Below, in pieces: positions 38,310 through 44,728 of a stretch of 44,728 bases of DNA; within the stretch, counting starts at the first letter, position 1, and every line of letters begins with the position of its first letter. The DNA is from an uncultured Sphingomonadaceae bacterium (GTDB taxonomy: Bacteria > Pseudomonadota > Alphaproteobacteria > Sphingomonadales > Sphingomonadaceae), in assembly GCA_964244125.1 (NCBI GenBank), contig CAXTHU010000001.1:1-44728 (forward strand), given 5' to 3'. A model generated the notes under the pieces. It searched no databases. It saw nothing but the letters and a program-made list of their open reading frames with translations, and was not told the DNA's origin. A program made the translations under genes and the position numbers.

Positions 38310-39598
38310 CCCGCCCGCGCTCCTTCCACGTCAAGTCCTTCGGCTGCCAGATGAACGTCTATGACGGCGAGCGCATGGCCGAACTGCTCGCCGCCGACGG
38401 CATGACCGCCGCCGACGCCGCCACCGCCGACCTCGTCGTCCTCAACACCTGCCACATCCGCGAGCGCGCGGCGGAGAAGGTCTATTCGGACATCGGCCGG
38501 CTGGTCCGCGACGACGGCGGCCGCCCGATGATCGCGGTGGCCGGCTGCGTCGCGCAGGCCGAGGGCGCCGAGATCCCGCGCCGTGCCAAGTCGGTCGACA
38601 TCGTCGTCGGCCCGCAGGCCTATCACCGCCTGCCCGCGCTCGTCGCCGCCGCGGGGCGGGGCGAGCCGGCGATCGACACCGACATGCCGGCCGCGTCCAA
38701 GTTCGCCGCGCTGCCGGCCCGCCGCCGGGTCGGCCCCGCCGCCTTCCTGACGGTACAGGAGGGGTGCGACAAGTTCTGCACCTATTGCGTCGTCCCCTAC
38801 ACGCGCGGCGCCGAGGTCTCGCGGCCCTGGCAAGCGGTGCTGGACGAGGCGAAGGCGCTGGTCGACGCCGGCGCGCGCGAGATCACGCTGCTGGGCCAGA
38901 ACGTGAATGCGTGGGAGGACGGCGGGCGCGGCCTGCACGACCTGATCGAGGCGCTGGCCGCCATGCCGGCGCTGGCCCGCATCCGCTACACCACCAGCCA
39001 CCCCGACGACATGGCCGACGGGCTGATCGCGGCGCATCGCGACGTCGCCAAGCTGATGCCCTTCCTCCACCTGCCGGTGCAGGCCGGCAGCGACCGCATC
39101 CTGCGCGCCATGAATCGCGGCCACGACACCGCCGCCTATCGCCGCCTGATCGATCGCGTGCGCGCCGCCCGGCCCGACATCGCCGTCTCGGGGGACTTCA
39201 TCGTCGGCTTCCCCGGCGAGACCGAGGCCGATTTCGCCGCGACCCTGGCGCTGGTCGACGCGGTCGGCCATGCCCAGGCGTTCAGCTTCAAATACTCCCC
39301 CCGCCCCGGCACGCCGGCGGCGACGATGGCGGCCCAGGTCCCGCCGGAGGTCATGGACGACCGGCTGCAACGGCTCCAGGCGCTCATCAACCGCCAGCAG
39401 CACGACTTCAACCGCGCCACCGTCGGCCGGCGGACGGAGGTGCTGGTGGAACGGCGGGGAAAGCTGCCGGGGCAGATGCTCGGCAAGTCGCCATGGCTGC
39501 AATCCGTCCACCTGACGACCGACGCGCCGGTGGGCACGCTGGTGCCGGTGGAGATCGTCAGCGCGGGGCCGAACTCGGTGGGTGGGATGACGGCCTGA
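38306..39598 (+). CDS. miaB: tRNA methylthiotransferase MiaB
   Basis: GCQMN.YD, NTCHIRE, radical-SAM [23 protein letters not shown] and a TRAM domain. Confidence 0.95.
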   Translation: MTRPRSFHVKSFGCQMNVYDGERMAELLAADGMTAADAATADLVVLNTCHIRERAAEKVYSDIGRLVRDDGGRPMIAVAGCVAQAEGAEIPRRAKSVDIVVGPQAYHRLPALVAAAGRGEPAIDTDMPAASKFAALPARRRVGPAAFLTVQEGCDKFCTYCVVPYTRGAEVSRPWQAVLDEAKALVDAGAREITLLGQNVNAWEDGGRGLHDLIEALAAMPALARIRYTTSHPDDMADGLIAAHRDVAKLMPFLHLPVQAGSDRILRAMNRGHDTAAYRRLIDRVRAARPDIAVSGDFIVGFPGETEADFAATLALVDAVGHAQAFSFKYSPRPGTPAATMAAQVPPEVMDDRLQRLQALINRQQHDFNRATVGRRTEVLVERRGKLPGQMLGKSPWLQSVHLTTDAPVGTLVPVEIVSAGPNSVGGMTA

Positions 39599-39669
39599 CA
39601 AAGCCGCTGGCTTTCCGCCCGCCCCCGCCCCATCTTCGCCGCCACCAACCCGTGGCCGAAAGGTGGAGT

Positions 39670-40662
39670 TTGAGTCGCAAACCCGTGATCGCGCAGGCCG
39701 GCGAGCGTGCCCGCCTGGAGGTGCAGTTCGACAGGCCGCAATTGCTGGGGCGACTCTTCGGCGAATACGACCAGAACCTGATCGCGGTCGAAAGCCGGCT
39801 GGGCGTCTACATCTCCGCGCGCGGCAACAAGATCCAGATCGAGGGCGTGGCCGAGCAGGCGGCCCGCGCGCGCGACGTGCTGATGGGGCTCTACCACCGC
39901 ATCGTCCAGGGGCAGGAGCTGGAGCCGGGCGCGGTCGAGGCGGTGATCGCCATGTCGGCCGAGCCGATGCTCGACGGCATCGTCCGCGACGTCTCCGAAC
40001 TGCCCGCGGTGACGATCCGCACCCGCAAGAAGACGATCGCCCCCCGCTCGCGCACCCAGATCGCCTATATGGAGGCGCTGGGCCGCGACGACATCATCTT
40101 CGCGCTCGGCCCCGCCGGCACCGGCAAGACCTATCTGGCCGTCGCCCAGGCGGTGCAGCAGCTCATCACCGGATCGGTCAGCCGGCTGATCCTGTCGCGC
40201 CCGGCGGTGGAGGCCGGCGAGCGGCTGGGCTTCCTGCCGGGCGACATGAAGGAGAAGGTCGATCCTTATCTCCGCCCGCTCTACGACGCGCTCTACGACA
40301 TGCTGCCGACCGAGCAGGTCGAGCGGCGGCTGGCGAGCGGAGAGATCGAGATCGCGCCGATCGCCTTCATGCGCGGCCGCACCCTGTCGGAGGCCTTCAT
40401 CATCCTGGACGAGGCGCAGAACACCACGCCGGCGCAGATGAAGATGTTCCTCACCCGCTTCGGCCAGAACAGCCGCATGGTCGTCTGCGGCGACCCGCGC
40501 CAGATCGACCTGCCCGACATCGGCAAGTCGGGCCTCGCCGACGCGGTCGGCCGGCTGGAGAGCGTGCCCGGCATGTCGATGATCCGCTTCGGCGCGGCCG
40601 ACGTGGTCCGCCATCCCATCGTCGGGCGGATCGTCGAGGCGTATGAGGGGCCGGATGCTTGA
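39670..40662 (+). CDS. phoH: PhoH-like ATPase (YbeZ)
   Basis: TTG start after a purine-rich SD-like stretch. GPAGTGKT, RPAVEAGE.LGFLPG, MRGRTL, DEAQN and VVRH motifs. Confidence 0.93.
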   Translation: MSRKPVIAQAGERARLEVQFDRPQLLGRLFGEYDQNLIAVESRLGVYISARGNKIQIEGVAEQAARARDVLMGLYHRIVQGQELEPGAVEAVIAMSAEPMLDGIVRDVSELPAVTIRTRKKTIAPRSRTQIAYMEALGRDDIIFALGPAGTGKTYLAVAQAVQQLITGSVSRLILSRPAVEAGERLGFLPGDMKEKVDPYLRPLYDALYDMLPTEQVERRLASGEIEIAPIAFMRGRTLSEAFIILDEAQNTTPAQMKMFLTRFGQNSRMVVCGDPRQIDLPDIGKSGLADAVGRLESVPGMSMIRFGAADVVRHPIVGRIVEAYEGPDA

Positions 40663-41164
40663 GGTCGCCACCGACGCCGGCGAGCTGTGGGACGCCGCCG
40701 TCGACTGGGACGATCTGTGCGCGCGCGCGGGCCACGCGGCGGTGGCGCATTCGCCCTACAAGCTGCTGCTCGACAAGGCGGTGACAGCGGAGATTTCCGT
40801 CCGTCTGGGGGAGGACGAGGAGGTCCGTGCGCTGAACGCGCGATATCGCGGCAAGGACGCGGCCACCAACGTCCTGTCCTTCCCGATGGTCCAGCCGGAC
40901 CTGATCGAGGGCCTCGCCAATTCGGACGACGGCGAGGTGCTGCTCGGCGACATCATCCTGGCGCGCGGGGTGTGCCTGGCCGAGGCGGCGGACAAGGGGG
41001 TGGCACCGGCCGACCATGCCGCGCATCTCGTCGTCCACGGGACGCTGCACCTGCTCGGCTACGATCACCGGGACGACCCGGCGGGCGAGCGGATGGAGGC
41101 GCTGGAACGCGACGCGCTCGCCAGCCTCGGCATCGCCGATCCCTACGCGATCCGCAAGGACTGA
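40655..41164 (+). CDS. ybeY: rRNA maturation RNase YbeY
   Basis: LN..YRGKD..TNVLSF, LGDI and HGTLHLLGYDH motifs. Confidence 0.95.
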   Translation: MLEVATDAGELWDAAVDWDDLCARAGHAAVAHSPYKLLLDKAVTAEISVRLGEDEEVRALNARYRGKDAATNVLSFPMVQPDLIEGLANSDDGEVLLGDIILARGVCLAEAADKGVAPADHAAHLVVHGTLHLLGYDHRDDPAGERMEALERDALASLGIADPYAIRKD

Positions 41165-41245
41165 GGGCCGGCACAAGAGGGTTGCGCCGCTCCCGCGAAA
41201 GGCATAGCCGACCCGTCAGGGGATCACGCCTTCTAGGGATCGGGC

Positions 41246-42031
41246 ATGGCCGAGTTCTTGCTGCCGAAAAACTCGACGATCAGGAAGGGCGGCCGCGTCC
41301 ACAAGGCCGCCCCGCAAGCCAAGAACGTCAAGGCGTTCCGCGTCTACCGCTACGATCCCGACAGCGGCGAGAACCCGCGCTACGACCAGTTCGAGATCGA
41401 CCTGGACGAATGCGGCCCGATGGTGCTCGACGCGCTCATCAAGATGAAGTCGGAGCAGGACCCCTCGCTCACCTTCCGCCGCTCCTGCCGGGAGGGCATC
41501 TGCGGCTCCTGCTCGATGAACATCGACGGCACCAACACGCTCGCCTGCACCCAGGCGATCGACGACATCAAGGGCGAGGTTCGCATCACCCCCCTGCCGC
41601 ATATGGACGTCGTCAAGGATCTGGTGCCCGACTTCAGCCGCTTCTACGCGCAATATGCCTCGATCCAGCCATGGCTGAAGACGGTGACGACGACGCCCTC
41701 GGGCAAGGAGCGGCTGCAATCGCCGGACGATCGCGCGAAGCTCGACGGCCTTTACGAATGCATCCTGTGCGCCTGCTGCTCGACCTCGTGCCCCAGCTAC
41801 TGGTGGAACAGCGACAAGTTCCTGGGGCCGGCGATCCTGCTCCAGGCCTATCGCTGGCTGGCCGACAGCCGCGACGAGATGACGGGCGAGCGGCTCGACG
41901 AGCTGGAGGACCCGTTCCGCCTCTATCGCTGCCACACCATCATGAACTGCGCCAACGTCTGTCCCAAGGGGCTGAACCCGGCCAAGGCGATCGCCGAGAT
42001 CAAGAAGATGGTGGTCGAGCGCGCCGTCTGA
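41246..42031 (+). CDS. sdhB: Succinate dehydrogenase iron-sulfur subunit
   Basis: [23 protein letters not shown] and [14 protein letters not shown] motifs. Confidence 0.97.
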   Translation: MAEFLLPKNSTIRKGGRVHKAAPQAKNVKAFRVYRYDPDSGENPRYDQFEIDLDECGPMVLDALIKMKSEQDPSLTFRRSCREGICGSCSMNIDGTNTLACTQAIDDIKGEVRITPLPHMDVVKDLVPDFSRFYAQYASIQPWLKTVTTTPSGKERLQSPDDRAKLDGLYECILCACCSTSCPSYWWNSDKFLGPAILLQAYRWLADSRDEMTGERLDELEDPFRLYRCHTIMNCANVCPKGLNPAKAIAEIKKMVVERAV

Positions 42032-42035
42032 ACCG

Positions 42036-42512
42036 ATGGCCATGCGATTCGACGAAACGACCGATGCCGAGGGCTTCCGCGTCTGGCGGTTGCCGGAGAC
42101 GGGGCGCTTCGTCGACAGCTACGGCGAGACCCGCGTGCGCGCCGAGCCCCACGGCCGGGTCCGCTGCCGGGTGGCCGTCGGCGAGCCCCAGGCGAACGGC
42201 GGCGGCGCCATCCACGGCGGCTTCATCCTGGCCTATGTCGATCACGTCGCCTTCTGCGGCCTCGCCCTCCTCGGCCGGCTGCCGCCCGGCGGGGCGGTGA
42301 CGCTGGCGGCGAACACCTCGTTCATCTCCGCCGGCTCGATCGACGAGCCGCTCGACGCGATCGTCGAGGTCGTCGGCGAGACGGGGCGGATGATGTTCGT
42401 GCGCGGCCTGATGGAACAGTCCGGGCGGACGGTGGCGAGCTTCGAGGTGACGCTGCGCAAGACGCCGGTGCGCGGCGCCCCCGCCCCCGCCCCTGCCCCT
42501 GCCGGCGCGTGA
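42036..42512 (+). CDS. PaaI family thioesterase
   Basis: Hotdog-fold motif N..G.IHGG...YVD and 'TGRMMFVRG'. Confidence 0.82.
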   Translation: MAMRFDETTDAEGFRVWRLPETGRFVDSYGETRVRAEPHGRVRCRVAVGEPQANGGGAIHGGFILAYVDHVAFCGLALLGRLPPGGAVTLAANTSFISAGSIDEPLDAIVEVVGETGRMMFVRGLMEQSGRTVASFEVTLRKTPVRGAPAPAPAPAGA

Positions 42513-43618
42513 CCGTCCTCGCCCGCTACCGCGCGCTGGTGGCGGCGGGGGAGCTTCGCGCCGATCCGGACCAGGCCGCCACCGTCGCGCGGCTGGATGC
42601 GCTCGCCGCCGCGCTCGCCCGTCCGGACCGGGCCGGCATCCTCGGCCGCCTGCGCCGCCGTAACCCGCCGCGCCCGCCCGGTATCTACATGTGGGGCGGC
42701 GTCGGGCGCGGCAAGTCGATGCTGATGGACCTGTTCTACGGCGAGGCGGACGTCGCCCCCAAGCGCCGCGTCCACTTCCACGCGTTCATGCTGGAGGTGC
42801 ACGAGCGGCTCAGGGCCGAGCGCGCGCGCGAGCTGGGCGATCCGATCCCGCCGGTCGCCGCCGCGCTCGCCGCCGGCGCGCGGCTGCTCGCCTTCGACGA
42901 GATGGTGGTCAACAACATGGCCGATGCCGCCATCCTGTCGCGGCTGTTCACCGCGCTGCTCGACGCCGGCACCACGATCGTCACCACCTCCAACCGCCCG
43001 CCGGCCGACCTCTACAAGGACGGGCTGAACCGCGCGCTGTTCCTGCCGTTCATCGCGCTGCTCGAACGGCGGCTCGACGTGCTGCCGCTGAACGGCCCGA
43101 CGGACTATCGGCTGGAGCGGCTGGGGGGTGCGCCGACCTGGCATGTGCCGAACGGGCCGGCGGCGACGGCGGCGCTGCGCGACGTCTTCTTCCGCCTGAC
43201 CGACTATCCGCCGGAGGATGGCGAGCATGTCCCGTCCGAGGAACTGGTCGTGCAGGGCGGCCGGACGCTGCATGTGCCGAAGGCGCTGAAGGGCGTCGCC
43301 GTCTTCTCCTTCAGGCGGCTGTGCGGCGAGCCGCGCGGGGCGGCCGACTATCTCGCCGTCGCGCGCCGGTTCCACACCGTGATCGTCGTCGGCGTGCCCG
43401 TCATGACCGCCGACCGCCGCAACGAGGCGGCGCGTTTCAGGACGATGATCGACGCCTTCTACGAATATCGCGTGAAGCTCCTCGCCGCGGCCGATGCCGA
43501 GCCGGCGGCGCTCTACCGCCAGGGCGACGGCGCCTTCGAGTTCGAACGCACCGTGTCGCGGCTGATCGAGATGCGCAGCCGGGACTATCTCGCCGCCGGC
43601 CACGGCACGGCGGCGTGA
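42509..43618 (+). CDS. zapE: Cell division ATPase ZapE (AFG1 family)
   Basis: YMWGGVGRGKSMLMD, RVHFHAFM, FDE, TTSNR.P.DLY..GL.R and RT.SRL.EM motifs. Confidence 0.93.
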   Translation: MTVLARYRALVAAGELRADPDQAATVARLDALAAALARPDRAGILGRLRRRNPPRPPGIYMWGGVGRGKSMLMDLFYGEADVAPKRRVHFHAFMLEVHERLRAERARELGDPIPPVAAALAAGARLLAFDEMVVNNMADAAILSRLFTALLDAGTTIVTTSNRPPADLYKDGLNRALFLPFIALLERRLDVLPLNGPTDYRLERLGGAPTWHVPNGPAATAALRDVFFRLTDYPPEDGEHVPSEELVVQGGRTLHVPKALKGVAVFSFRRLCGEPRGAADYLAVARRFHTVIVVGVPVMTADRRNEAARFRTMIDAFYEYRVKLLAAADAEPAALYRQGDGAFEFERTVSRLIEMRSRDYLAAGHGTAA

Positions 43619-43721
43619 GCGCCAAAGCGGTTGAACCTGCTGCGCCGCAGCGTTAAGCGGGCCACGTCAACGCCGGGCCGCCCGCGGCCTTCGTCTCGCG
43701 CGTGGCGTCGCGTCGTTATGA

Positions 43722-44693
<972 letters not shown>

Positions 44694-44699
44694 GTACCA

Positions 44700-44723
44700 C
44701 CCCGGCGAAGGCCGGGGTCCAGT
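44700..44723. repeat. First arm of a REP family A element, cut by the window end
   Basis: ccccggcgaaggccggggtccagt is the exact reverse complement of the right arm at 31323-31346. Confidence 0.8.
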
Positions 44724-44728
44724 AGCGG

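Noticed and set aside
41246-42031. sdhB without sdhCDA
   Set aside because: The gene is intact and lies near zapE and mdh, a usual TCA neighbourhood. A split sdh operon is not remarkable enough by itself, and the rest is probably elsewhere in the genome.
42475-42505. (Pro-Ala)n-coding 6-bp repeats at the end of the PaaI gene
   Set aside because: A short imperfect low-complexity tail, with no sign of phase variation.

Overview
This is a very GC-rich chromosomal window from an alphaproteobacterium. Gene content and order suggest Sphingomonas or a close relative (inference). About 43 real CDS can be supported. The flanks are mostly housekeeping. On the left are the 3' end of parC, a GGDEF-EAL gene, cca, a Nudix gene, DUF1285, a GNAT, folB and an SDR. 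On the right are dctA, an ABC-F gene, nifU-rutE-tsaB-rimI-mucR-fur-plsC-miaB-phoH-ybeY, sdhB, a PaaI gene, zapE and mdh. The middle holds a three-gene phosphorelay, an orphan kdpD, a partial capsule-export block (Wza/KpsD-like, two GT4, KpsT) and a LytS/LytTR pair. The most interesting region is about 21.2-29.9 kb, a candidate lipid-linked glycosylation system. It encodes a flippase, a flavoprotein with eukaryotic-type UDP-galactopyranose-mutase motifs, a GtrA flippase and three large polytopic GT-C-like proteins. Two of the three carry a motif series matching STT3/PglB/AglB oligosaccharyltransferases in order and spacing (D-x-D-D, DHH, NVxE, xxDxG), but with the WWDYG sequon pocket altered. 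Phased CtrA-like half-sites lie just upstream of the flavoprotein gene. Two or three families of palindromic REP/MITE-like repeats sit in intergenic gaps. I saw no rRNA, tRNA, CRISPR array, integrase or transposase. All assignments come from reading motifs by eye; no searches were run.
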